NCBI GenBank assembly: GCA_965228485.1
Contig: OZ245819.1
Coordinates: 420,001 to 452,000, forward strand
Length of the DNA: 32,000 nt
Direction of reading: 5' to 3'
Origin: Candidatus Saccharimonadota bacterium
GTDB lineage: Bacteria; Patescibacteriota; Gracilibacteria; UBA4473
Numbering within the stretch: the first letter of the stretch is position 1; every line of letters begins with the position of its first letter. A model generated the notes under the pieces. The model was not told the origin of the DNA and made no database searches. It worked only from the letters and a program-made list of their open reading frames with translations. Below, one piece after another: positions 16,234 to 25,526 of this stretch. Both the position numbers and the translations under genes were made by a program.

Positions 16234-17936
16234 CTAAAAGACAGTTGCTGTTCAACAAAATCAACGAGTTCTCGAATATAGTTTTCTGAGAAATCAAACC
16301 GAATTCCAGCTAAATCGTAGAGTTCTGGGATGGTTCTTGTATATCCATACTTCATAAAGTTTTTGTATCCCTGCAGACCGTTTTCACGATCTTCAACAAA
16401 ATTTTTCCAGAGTGCAATAGCTCCTAATTGTGCAAATCCGTACTCTATGTAATAAAAAGGAACTTCATAGAAATGAAGCACTTGCTGCCAACGATAACCA
16501 TCGTCTTCTGAGAAGTCTGAAAAATCTACTAAGCCTGTCTCAAATTGAGCTGAAATACTTTTCCAGGCTTCCACTCTCGATTCAACGGTGTGATTTGGAT
16601 TTTCATAAAGCCAGTGCTGAAAAGCATCTCCCCTCGCTACTCCAGGCAACGTCAAAAGCACATCTTCAAGTTTTTCTTGTTTTGCTCGAGCGATATCAAC
16701 TGGATCATAAAAAATATCCCACGCCTCCATTGAAATAAGCTCCATTGCCATAGAAGCTAATTCTGAAACTTCATGAGGTGTTGATCGTAAAGAAATCAAC
16801 GGAACATTGGAGCTCGCAAAGAAATGTAGTGCATGTCCTCCTTCGTGAACCAAAGTTTCTACATCCTGATGACTTTCTGTCGCATTCATAAAGATAAAAG
16901 GAACTCCTGACTCATTGAGTGGATACTGAAATCCTCCTGGAGCTTTTCCTTTTCGACTATCAAGATCAAAACGTTGCATCTTCTCCATTGTTTCTAACAC
17001 CCCCTTAAATTCAGGGTCTAAACGACCAAAACATTGCTTTGTTTTTTCTAATAAATCATTACTACTTGAGAACGGCTTTAGTGCCGGCTTTCCTGAAATA
17101 TCTACTGAAAGATCCCAAGGTTTTAAGACCTCTAAACCTAAACATTTTGCTCGATGTTGATGAATTTTTTTAATGAGTGGTGTTACCACTTTTGAGACAG
17201 TTTTGTGAAAAGCTTTACAGTCTTCTGGAGTATAATCAAAACGCCCCATAGCCTTAAAAGCATAGTCTCTAAAATTTTTGAAATCAGCATTTTTCCCAAC
17301 TTTATCACGCTTTTGAACCAACTCTGTCATTAAATCATCAAGTAATTTTCTATCTTGTGATCTACGATTCACAATACGTTTGTAAACATTTAATCGAGTA
17401 TCTCTATCTAAGTCTTTTAACTTCATAGCCGCTGCTGGCATGGTTAATTCTTCACCCTCCCAATCGATTACCATAGCCCCAGAAATGACACCAAACTCTT
17501 GTGACTGCTTTTCAATATCGATGAAAAGCGGTACATTCGCCTCTCTGAAAATTTCAATAGAACTTTTCAGGCTTCTTTTGTAAGTAAAATAAAGATCATC
17601 AGGAAGTAAATCGAAGAATTTATTTTGAACAATTTTTTTGTTCAATTTATCACTATAAAGCACTATATATGGCTGAATTTTTTCTACAAAGTCCATAAAT
17701 TTTTCATGGGCTTCACGATCTTCTGTATCACAATTCATATTAATATAAGCCCAAGCAAAAGCTTCATCGATGACTGCCTCTAATTCTGCTCGATTAAATA
17801 TTAACTGCTCAAGCGTCTCAATATCATTTATTTCATAGCTTATTAGCTTTTCAAAAAATGGAGCTAAATATTCCCAATTAGTAACCACAAAATCAGCTGG
17901 CAAAAATGATCGCTGCAAAGCATGTGTATTTTTCAT
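16230..17936 (-). CDS. pepF: Oligoendopeptidase F, M3B family
   Basis: Zinc motif HEGGHALH with a downstream E (HEVSELASM). Length and overall pattern fit PepF. I prefer the ATG at 17936; the ORF track begins at a TTG at 17942. Confidence 0.88.
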   Translation of the reverse strand: MKNTHALQRSFLPADFVVTNWEYLAPFFEKLISYEINDIETLEQLIFNRAELEAVIDEAFAWAYINMNCDTEDREAHEKFMDFVEKIQPYIVLYSDKLNKKIVQNKFFDLLPDDLYFTYKRSLKSSIEIFREANVPLFIDIEKQSQEFGVISGAMVIDWEGEELTMPAAAMKLKDLDRDTRLNVYKRIVNRRSQDRKLLDDLMTELVQKRDKVGKNADFKNFRDYAFKAMGRFDYTPEDCKAFHKTVSKVVTPLIKKIHQHRAKCLGLEVLKPWDLSVDISGKPALKPFSSSNDLLEKTKQCFGRLDPEFKGVLETMEKMQRFDLDSRKGKAPGGFQYPLNESGVPFIFMNATESHQDVETLVHEGGHALHFFASSNVPLISLRSTPHEVSELASMAMELISMEAWDIFYDPVDIARAKQEKLEDVLLTLPGVARGDAFQHWLYENPNHTVESRVEAWKSISAQFETGLVDFSDFSEDDGYRWQQVLHFYEVPFYYIEYGFAQLGAIALWKNFVEDRENGLQGYKNFMKYGYTRTIPELYDLAGIRFDFSENYIRELVDFVEQQLSFS

Positions 17937-17957
17937 ATTCAAAGACTATTTATTTGT

Positions 17958-18683
17958 TTATGTAAGAAAACCTAAAAGACGAGTTTGATTGTCTTTTAAC
18001 CATTTTTTGTGAACCTTGAAATCGGGATCTAATTGCTCCACTAATGACCAAAATTTAGGGGAATGATTCATCTGTTTTAGATGACAAACTTCATGTACCA
18101 CTAAATAATCTATTACTTTCTTGGGAGCTAACATAATTCTCCAATTATAATTCAAATTTTTCTTGGCTGAACAACTCCCCCATCGAGATTTTGTATTCTT
18201 TATTCTTATTTGATTAAAAGAGACTCCTAATGCTTCAGCAAAATATACTGAACGCTCCGTTAAGTACTGATGCGCTTTGTCTCTATAAAAATCAGTAACC
18301 AATCCTCTTCTCTCCTGTCCTCTAGTTTTTGTGTTAACGTATAAAATCAAATTATCCCCGGCTTCTGAGTAGAATTGTCTTTTCTTGTTAGTTTTAACCT
18401 CTTCTATTGTATAAAAATTTTGATCAAAAAAACAAAGCTTATCCCCACTTCTAAAATCTGATGTATAATCTGATAGTACTTCTAAATTCTGAGTAGCTAA
18501 TTTCTTTTGCTGTCTTTTTATCCAGTCTATATTTTTTCGAATAAACAAATTGCCAATAAATTCAGGCACTCTTTTTGGCAAAGTCAAAACTGTCTCACCT
18601 CCAGACTTAATAGTAATACGCATATTTTTAGCTCTAGCGCTTCTTTTGGTTGTATAACTTATTTGTTCAATTTTTTTAGGCAT
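17958..18683 (-). CDS. YgjP-like (DUF45, M48/SprT-like) metal-dependent hydrolase
   Basis: The motif LVVHEVCHLKQMNHSPKFWSLV (HExxH...H..FW) is diagnostic for the family. I prefer the ATG at 18683 (MPKKIEQ...), which overlaps the pgl stop as ATGCCTAA. Confidence 0.8.
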   Translation of the reverse strand: MPKKIEQISYTTKRSARAKNMRITIKSGGETVLTLPKRVPEFIGNLFIRKNIDWIKRQQKKLATQNLEVLSDYTSDFRSGDKLCFFDQNFYTIEEVKTNKKRQFYSEAGDNLILYVNTKTRGQERRGLVTDFYRDKAHQYLTERSVYFAEALGVSFNQIRIKNTKSRWGSCSAKKNLNYNWRIMLAPKKVIDYLVVHEVCHLKQMNHSPKFWSLVEQLDPDFKVHKKWLKDNQTRLLGFLT

Positions 18684-19332
18684 CCAAAAACAAAATATCA
18701 ACTTGTTCCCAGTCAAGCAACTTCCGAGCTGGGCACTCGTCAAATTTTGTATCAGGATTAGTAATCTGTTTAAAAATTTTACGTTTATTACTTCCCATCA
18801 TAAGGACGAGTATTTTTTTAGACTTTTTTAGTGCTTTAAACGTCAGCGTTAAACGGTTTTGAATAGCAAACACTTCTGTTTCAGTCGCCTCTACTAAACG
18901 CTGTGAATTTAGTATATCGCTTGATGGAAATAGTGATGCTGTGTGCCCATCAGGGCCAACTCCTAAAATTGCCAGATCGAATAAATAACCATCCTTGTGT
19001 TCTTTCAGCATAGACTCATACATGTGACTACTTGAAATAGGATCTCCTTGAATGGGAAAAAACTTTTCTATAAAAGCTGAGTCTCCCAGTAGATCTCGAA
19101 TCAACTTTGCATTGGAGTCCGAGTGATTTTGGGGCACAAAACGTTCATCTGTTTGCCAGAGCTCTAACGTTGAAAAATCAAATTCATCATCTTTCAACAC
19201 CGAAAGAATTTTGGCACTACTTCCTCCACTAAGGGCTAACCTCAAATTACCTTGTCCCACAAAGTATGATTTTGCTTTGTCCCAGAACTGCACCGTATCC
19301 TGAAATTCATAAATATTAGCCATGTGGATCAT
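18676..19332 (-). CDS. pgl: 6-phosphogluconolactonase
   Basis: LALSGGSS and LGVGPDGHTASLFP motifs. Located immediately downstream of zwf. An alternative ATG at 19323 would give an ATGGCTAA overlap with the zwf stop. Confidence 0.85.
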   Translation of the reverse strand: MIHMANIYEFQDTVQFWDKAKSYFVGQGNLRLALSGGSSAKILSVLKDDEFDFSTLELWQTDERFVPQNHSDSNAKLIRDLLGDSAFIEKFFPIQGDPISSSHMYESMLKEHKDGYLFDLAILGVGPDGHTASLFPSSDILNSQRLVEATETEVFAIQNRLTLTFKALKKSKKILVLMMGSNKRKIFKQITNPDTKFDECPARKLLDWEQVDILFLDA

Positions 19333-20770
19333 ACCATTTAAAACTTGTTCCTTTCATAAGGTTCTGTTGATTCTTTGGTCCTTCCGTCCCAGACTTATAT
19401 ATCTCAGGTTTAATTTTTTTTGTTTCAATAAAATTTAAAACCTTATCAGTAATTTTCCAAGAAGCGATAATTTCTGAAATCCCCAAGAAATACCTCTTTT
19501 CTTTTCTAATAACATCCAAAAACAACAGACCATGCTCTGGAAGACAGTAATCACCAAAACACGCAATCGATTCACTGGCCGCAATTTCCCCCTGTCTCAA
19601 AGTCGCTCCATCTTCGTCTAGTAAGCGAATCTGAATCATTTCATGAGGATAGAGTTCAATAATTACTCGATTTGGTTCCTGATTTGAATCCTGGAATGAG
19701 AATTTTTTTAACTCTACGACCAAATAAGTGTGTTTTTCGTGCAAACGTTTTCCAGTTCTTAAAAAGATCGGAACATCATGCCAGGTTTCACGATTAATCG
19801 TTAGTTTTAAAGCCGCAAAAGTCTCTGTATTCGAGCTTTGAGTTTGTTCATCTTCTGAGGCATAAGTATCATACTGCCCCAAAGCAATATGATATTTATC
19901 AGGTTCAATATCTAGAGCGGATAAAATAGCGGCTCGTTCTTCCTGAATTCTTTCACTATCGGCTCTGACAGGAATCGACATGGTCAGCATAGCCAGTACT
20001 TGTAGTAGATGAGACTGAACAACATCTTTAATCGTTCCAACTTCATCAAAATAACCTATGCGCTCCTCTACTCCCATTGGCTCAATCGCGGATATTTGAA
20101 TATTAGCGATTTCCTTCCCCTTGAGCATACTGTTAAGTATACGATTCATATTTCGTAACGGAATGAGACTCCGTACAGCTTTTTTGCCAAGGTAATGATC
20201 GAGTAAATACATTTGATCTTCCCTGTAGTATTGACCTAAAAAACTAAAGAGTTGTTGTGCTGATAATTCATCATGCCCAAATGGTTTTTCTAAAATTAAT
20301 CGAACATCATTTTTGGCTGGTTCAAAAACTTCAGCTACTTGTTTTAAAATAGATTTCACCACAAAGGGTGGTACTGAAAAATAGGTAATATGTGTTGGTA
20401 AAGTATCGACTTGAAACCTCTCAAAGAGAAATGTTTTATATTTTTTGAAATCATCGTAACGATCATATTGCCCTGAAAAATAGTGAACTTTTTGAAGCAG
20501 GTCTTCCAAGATTGACTCTTGATAGTCATCCCAAGTTCCCTGAAATTCAGCTTTTACCGACTCGGCAAAAATATTACGAAACTCCTCCTGAGTCATACTC
20601 GTTCGAGCATATCCCACGAGAGCAAAACTTTTTGGAAAACGCTTCTGTTCAGCTAAAGCAAATAAAGCTGGAAATATTTTTAACTTCGCTAAATCTCCAG
20701 ACGCTCCGAAGATCGTAAAAATAAAAGGGTCTTGAACTCGAAAAATTGTATTCTTCATATTTTTTACCAT
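19316..20770 (-). CDS. zwf: Glucose-6-phosphate 1-dehydrogenase
   Basis: NADP motif FGASGDLAKLKIFPAL, active-site LDHYLGK, and LEKPFGHD. Confidence 0.93.
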   Translation of the reverse strand: MVKNMKNTIFRVQDPFIFTIFGASGDLAKLKIFPALFALAEQKRFPKSFALVGYARTSMTQEEFRNIFAESVKAEFQGTWDDYQESILEDLLQKVHYFSGQYDRYDDFKKYKTFLFERFQVDTLPTHITYFSVPPFVVKSILKQVAEVFEPAKNDVRLILEKPFGHDELSAQQLFSFLGQYYREDQMYLLDHYLGKKAVRSLIPLRNMNRILNSMLKGKEIANIQISAIEPMGVEERIGYFDEVGTIKDVVQSHLLQVLAMLTMSIPVRADSERIQEERAAILSALDIEPDKYHIALGQYDTYASEDEQTQSSNTETFAALKLTINRETWHDVPIFLRTGKRLHEKHTYLVVELKKFSFQDSNQEPNRVIIELYPHEMIQIRLLDEDGATLRQGEIAASESIACFGDYCLPEHGLLFLDVIRKEKRYFLGISEIIASWKITDKVLNFIETKKIKPEIYKSGTEGPKNQQNLMKGTSFKWYDPHG

Positions 20771-22164
20771 TCAGTATGAAAAGTTCCTGAACGATCTATT
20801 CGTTCATAAGTGTGCGCACCAAAGGAATCTCGAAGTCCCTGAATAAAGTTTGCTGAAGTCCTTTCTGAAGTCATAGCTTCAAAGCTTGATAAAGCCGCTC
20901 CTAAACAAAACATTGGAATTCCTGTTTGAGCTCCAAAAGAAACAACCGCTCTAAATTCAGGCCATACTTTTTGAAAATCTCTTCGGATGGACTCGATCTC
21001 CCAGAGTGGTGCATTATTCGCTTTTTCAAATGCTTCATGAAGCGTATTGAGGATTTGAGCTCGGATAATACAACCGCCTTCCCAGATTCGAGCAATTTCA
21101 GCATAATCCAAATCCCATTCTTTCTCGGCTGCTGCGGTTCTTAGCAGATCAAATCCCTGAGCATAGGCCACTAACATCCCCCCATAAAGAGCATTTTCCA
21201 AAGGTTCAATAAAATCTTCAACCTCCATATTCACCTTAAGTCTCGGGCGTTTATAAAAACCTGACAATTTCTCTCGTGTTACTTTTTGGCTGGAAACAAT
21301 TCTTGCATTTACCGCCTGAATAATGACTGAAATATCCACTCCACGATCCATCCCTTCTATCGCCGTCCATCGTCCAGTCCCCTTCTGTCCTGCTTTATCT
21401 AAAATTTTATCTAATAAAAACCCTTCGTCTAAATCATCTTCTTTCCTCAAGATTGGTACGGCAATCTCAAATAAAAATGATTGAAGTTTCCCTTCATTAT
21501 ATTTCTCAAAAACATCGGCAATTTCGGGCGGCGATAACTCAAAGACTTCACTTAAAACTTGATAAGCCTCCGCCATCATTTGCATTACTCCATATTCGAT
21601 TCCATTGTGAACCATCTTTACATAGTGACCTGCACCATTTTCTCCAATGTAAGTCACACACGGCTGTCCGCCAAAGTCTTGAGCAGCAATGGACGTCAAA
21701 ACAGGTTCTAGATCTTTCCAAACAGATTGATCACCCCCAGGCATAATACTCGGCCCATTCAGCGCTCCTTCTTCTCCTCCAGAAACTCCACAACCAAAAA
21801 AATTAATGCCTTTGGCTTTAAGTTCTTGTTCTCTTCTGATGGTATCTGGAAAATGCGAATTCCCACAATCCACAATGGTATCACCGTCATCAAGCAAAGG
21901 CAACAAAGCTTCAACTACCATATCAACTGGTCTTCCCGCTTTTACCATAACCATGATCTTTCGAGGTTTTTCAATTGATTGCACAAAGTCTTCTAAAGTT
22001 TCAAACCCCTGAAGATTTTGATCTCCATATTGATCAATAAAATTGTTCATAATTTCAGTCGTTCGATTGTACACTGAAATCTGAAACCCCTTAGAAGCAA
22101 CATTTCTCGCAAGGTTTTGCCCCATTACAGCTAAACCAATTAGTCCGATATTTGATAGATTCAT
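20764..22164 (-). CDS. gnd: 6-phosphogluconate dehydrogenase, decarboxylating
   Basis: IGLIGLAVMGQNLARN Rossmann motif, GAGHYVKMVHNGIEYG, and a full-length 466 aa. Confidence 0.95.
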   Translation of the reverse strand: MNLSNIGLIGLAVMGQNLARNVASKGFQISVYNRTTEIMNNFIDQYGDQNLQGFETLEDFVQSIEKPRKIMVMVKAGRPVDMVVEALLPLLDDGDTIVDCGNSHFPDTIRREQELKAKGINFFGCGVSGGEEGALNGPSIMPGGDQSVWKDLEPVLTSIAAQDFGGQPCVTYIGENGAGHYVKMVHNGIEYGVMQMMAEAYQVLSEVFELSPPEIADVFEKYNEGKLQSFLFEIAVPILRKEDDLDEGFLLDKILDKAGQKGTGRWTAIEGMDRGVDISVIIQAVNARIVSSQKVTREKLSGFYKRPRLKVNMEVEDFIEPLENALYGGMLVAYAQGFDLLRTAAAEKEWDLDYAEIARIWEGGCIIRAQILNTLHEAFEKANNAPLWEIESIRRDFQKVWPEFRAVVSFGAQTGIPMFCLGAALSSFEAMTSERTSANFIQGLRDSFGAHTYERIDRSGTFHTEW

Positions 22165-22235
22165 ACCAATGAAATAAACACGCGTATTATTCTAGCACGA
22201 GTTATTATTTACGACAGTTAAATGTGTAATTTGTA

Positions 22236-22961
22236 CTACAGTGGCTTTTCGTCACTGTGATATAGATTTTCAAAAGTTGCCTCTGGGTCTTTAACAAAAT
22301 TCTGATCTGTACTGGTTGTAATTTGATACACTTGAGAATTAATGCACACTTCCCCACCTCCTTCATCAAAGGCTTTTTTTGTTTGTTCGATTATTTGTAG
22401 TGCCTCTTCTACATTTTTTGCCACTAGAACATTGTCTAAATCCCCAGGACTCACAAATCCTCTTCCCACCGCTGTTGCCTTTAGCCAATCTCTTAGCTCC
22501 TCCCACATAGAATCCAAAAGAATAATTGGGATTGGGCAGATGTGCTTCACTTGAGTCAGTTGAAGCGTATAGAAAAATTCTAGACAGGTTCCAATTCCTC
22601 CTGCAGAAATTACCACCGCATTAGAAAGAGCCATAAAGTGATCCAGTCGATTCCCAAATTTTTGGAAATGTTTCTCCATATCAAGAAACCCATTGTGTTC
22701 AGCTTCATGTGGGAGCCGCACTGTTAAACCAATCGAGCTCGTACTCGAACAGGCATCTTCGTGTCCACGATTCCCTGCTTCCATTTGACCTGGACCGCCT
22801 CCAGTCACAATACTAATATCTCGTTTCCCCAGTTCATAAGCCAAGTCATAGGCCACATCATATTCTGGGTCACCTTTTTTTGTACGAGCTGAGCCAAAAA
22901 TACTAACCCTAAAAACTTCTGGATGTTGCAGAGCCTCTTCTACTGAACTGAGATGATTCAT
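22236..22961 (-). CDS. LOG-family / TIGR00730 Rossmann-fold protein (nucleotide 5'-monophosphate nucleosidase-like)
   Basis: IVTGGGPGQMEAGNRG, and SAGGIGTCLEFF, a variant of the PGGxGTxxE motif. Confidence 0.8.
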   Translation of the reverse strand: MNHLSSVEEALQHPEVFRVSIFGSARTKKGDPEYDVAYDLAYELGKRDISIVTGGGPGQMEAGNRGHEDACSSTSSIGLTVRLPHEAEHNGFLDMEKHFQKFGNRLDHFMALSNAVVISAGGIGTCLEFFYTLQLTQVKHICPIPIILLDSMWEELRDWLKATAVGRGFVSPGDLDNVLVAKNVEEALQIIEQTKKAFDEGGGEVCINSQVYQITTSTDQNFVKDPEATFENLYHSDEKPL

Positions 22962-22993
22962 AGTTAAACTTTTTATTAATTTTATTTCCGATA

Positions 22994-23023
22994 ATTATAG
23001 CGAAAACAACCTAAAAAGTCCAA
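22994..23023 (-). promoter_or_regulatory. Sigma70-like promoter for the LOG-family gene
   Basis: On the minus strand: TTGGAC, 18 nt, TATAAT, about 32 nt upstream of the ATG. Confidence 0.45.
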
Positions 23024-23027
23024 TGAG

Positions 23028-23960
23028 TTATGGTTTTTGTCGTGATTTTTTCTTTTTCGCTTTAAGGTATCGTTGCCAAATTTTTCCATCAGTCGTAGAC
23101 AATCCCTTCAGAGGTTGCATTACGCTAGAGTAAAAAACTACTCTATTAATTTTCCCTCTTAAGGCTGCAGGAATTTTTTGTGGATCGTTTGGGAGCTTAA
23201 AAGGACAAGCCTTAGCTAAACGAATACTAGCTTCATCCGACAAATCTCGTTCGTAGGAATCTGAATCACTCCCTCTTCTAGCAACCAATCCTTCTTGCTC
23301 CAAAGCCTCTAAAAAAGGTCCATGTAAACTTTCAAACCCTTCTAGATTTGCTCCTAAAATATTTTGAACCTTTTCTGGATTTTCATAGTTAAGTCTCATA
23401 CGAATATCACTATCAAAGGATAGTCGTGCAATCTGTTCATAGTGCTCTCGAGCTAAAAATGATTCAGCACCCAATAATAATGCCACTCTGTTAGCAATCA
23501 TTAAGTTTACCCGCTGAGCCTGGTTAAACTCATCAGTTTCTCGAAGAATATTCGTTGGTTTTTGCAAACGTCCAGCAGCGTATAACCGATCCCATTGACG
23601 GCAATCTTGATTCAATACATCGCTCCCAATAACTCCATATTTTATTTCCCGACCTTCAAAATTTACAAAAGCGTTATACCAAAGACCTCCACCTTTATTC
23701 TGCCAAAAACGTCGTACCAGTAAAGAATGACCCGCCCGAGAATAATCGTCTGGTCGACGAGCAATATTAGCTTGATGCCAGGCCTCTGGATCTTTTGTCG
23801 CAAAGATAAAATCAACCATTGGTCGATCTACTCCCTTCTTATAACCTAACTGAGGAAATGCACCAGAACCATAGGCTATCACGGTATTCAAAGGTGTTTC
23901 TGGATAATCAAAACCTGACTCGACTTCTTTCAAAAAAGAATCTAAAGGCCTATCAATCAT
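23028..23960 (-). CDS. Tam41/Mmp37-family protein (eukaryote-type phosphatidate cytidylyltransferase-like)
   Basis: Contains IAYGSGAFPQ...MVDFIFATKDPEAWHQANIARRPDDYS...GGGLWYNAFV...IKYGVIGSDVLNQDCRQWDRLYAAGRLQKP. This matches the conserved blocks I recall from mitochondrial Tam41. Confidence 0.72.
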   Translation of the reverse strand: MIDRPLDSFLKEVESGFDYPETPLNTVIAYGSGAFPQLGYKKGVDRPMVDFIFATKDPEAWHQANIARRPDDYSRAGHSLLVRRFWQNKGGGLWYNAFVNFEGREIKYGVIGSDVLNQDCRQWDRLYAAGRLQKPTNILRETDEFNQAQRVNLMIANRVALLLGAESFLAREHYEQIARLSFDSDIRMRLNYENPEKVQNILGANLEGFESLHGPFLEALEQEGLVARRGSDSDSYERDLSDEASIRLAKACPFKLPNDPQKIPAALRGKINRVVFYSSVMQPLKGLSTTDGKIWQRYLKAKKKKSRQKP

Positions 23961-24020
23961 GGTTGGACATTAATAAAACATAAAAATAAAACAACTTTTT
24001 ATAATAGCAATAATTATTAT

Positions 24021-24049
24021 TTGTTAAATTCAAAATAAAGGTCTAAATT
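24021..24049 (+). promoter_or_regulatory. Weak sigma70-like promoter for the 24057 gene
   Basis: TTGTTA, 17 nt, TAAATT. The -10 element ends 7 nt before the ATG. Confidence 0.3.
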
Positions 24050-24056
24050 TTTATTC

Positions 24057-24275
24057 ATGAAACCATCTAAAATCACTATTTTGGGAACGCTTGCTATCAT
24101 CTTTGGGATGATCTGTTTATATCTAGAAAACACTTACTACCAGTATGTAGACGAAGAAGGATTTTTGCATGAAAGTTTCTTTTTACCCTTAGGTGTATTT
24201 TTAATCTTTGTAGGGGTGATGACCCTTTTGGTACAAAGCATCAGATTTTTAGTGTCCAAGTATTTCTCTCGTTAA
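24057..24275 (+). CDS. Small 2-TM membrane protein (72 aa), possibly DUF3955-like
   Basis: Two clear hydrophobic helices, ITILGTLAIIFGMICLYL and FFLPLGVFLIFVGVMTLLV. Its 3' end overlaps the pgi 3' end by 27 nt on the opposite strand. Confidence 0.5.
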   Translation: MKPSKITILGTLAIIFGMICLYLENTYYQYVDEEGFLHESFFLPLGVFLIFVGVMTLLVQSIRFLVSKYFSR

Positions 24276-25520
24276 AACTTTCCCTCTTTCTACTCCCGGC
24301 TGATTAAAAGCGTCTATTTCAAAGAACTCTCCCCAGAAGGCAGTAGCCCCTTCAAATAGCATAAACAGTTGTCCCAGATAATAGGGCGTTAGTTCTGGAA
24401 TGGTGATAGTTATATTTGGACGATCATTTTCTGTTAGCGCTTGAGCGGTAGCTTGTTGCTCCGCATGCAATAAATCTTTAAAAGTTTTACCTTCAAGAAA
24501 ATTGGTTTTAGGACTGTCTACACTGACTGGTATATCTAAAACCTTTTTAAAATTTTCCACTCCAATAAAAACCACCAGCTTATCATTTGGTCCTTCAGCA
24601 AATAACTGCACTTGAGAATGCTGATCTGTGACTCCTAGTGATGGGACTGGCGTTATCCCTACATTTCTCCCATCTTCTGTAAATTTTCCAGTAGATTCAG
24701 CAATCAATTGCACACACCAAGCTCCAAACTGCCGAAGCTTTGTATGATATGGCATAATAATATTTTGAGGCTTCCCTTTTAGGTAACTAGAAGTTTGAGT
24801 ACAGGCTAATTGAAAAGGTAAATTTTGATCAAATTTTTTATTCAAAAAAGAATCTCTCATATCTCTCATTCCTTCAATTAATGATTTGATATCAATACCA
24901 ATAAGCGCTGCTGGCAGAAGACCAACAGCCGTTTGTACACTAAACCTCCCTCCAACGCTTGGAGGAATATCAAACATGTTAATATCTTCTTTATTCCCAA
25001 TTTCTCGAAGCAAACTTTTTTCTGGATCAGTGACAAAGACAAAATGATCCTTCACTTCCAAACTTTTATCTTCTACCAAAGATCTGAAGAACATGTACTG
25101 GGCTACCGTTTCAGGGGTTCCACCCGACTTACTTATGATCAAAAAAAGTGTTCGATCTAAATTAAGGTAATCTACGGCTTCTCCCAAAAAATCTGGATCT
25201 ATATTTTCCAAAACATGCAATTCTGGAGTAGACGTAGAAAAGAAATGAGTAAAAGCGTCTCTTAAACAAATAGGCCCTAAAGCTGACCCCCCAATTCCAC
25301 AGATAACAACGTGATCAAATTTTCCTTGCACAGAAGTGGCAAAGTTTTGAATTTCATCTAAAGCCTGATCATCATCAATAACCTTATAGAATCCCTGTTT
25401 TCGATCCTTAATTTTTTGTAAACTCGGTTCTAAATAACTTTCATGTACCATAAAAGTATCTTCAGACATCCCATGATCTTGAGATACCTTGTAACAGTTT
25501 TCGAAATTGATAGTTAACAT
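24249..25520 (-). CDS. pgi: Glucose-6-phosphate isomerase (short bacterial type)
   Basis: VVICGIGGSALGP, ISKSGGTPET and GGRFSV motifs. Length is 423 aa. Confidence 0.9.
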   Translation of the reverse strand: MLTINFENCYKVSQDHGMSEDTFMVHESYLEPSLQKIKDRKQGFYKVIDDDQALDEIQNFATSVQGKFDHVVICGIGGSALGPICLRDAFTHFFSTSTPELHVLENIDPDFLGEAVDYLNLDRTLFLIISKSGGTPETVAQYMFFRSLVEDKSLEVKDHFVFVTDPEKSLLREIGNKEDINMFDIPPSVGGRFSVQTAVGLLPAALIGIDIKSLIEGMRDMRDSFLNKKFDQNLPFQLACTQTSSYLKGKPQNIIMPYHTKLRQFGAWCVQLIAESTGKFTEDGRNVGITPVPSLGVTDQHSQVQLFAEGPNDKLVVFIGVENFKKVLDIPVSVDSPKTNFLEGKTFKDLLHAEQQATAQALTENDRPNITITIPELTPYYLGQLFMLFEGATAFWGEFFEIDAFNQPGVERGKVLTREILGH

Positions 25521-25526
25521 GGTGTT

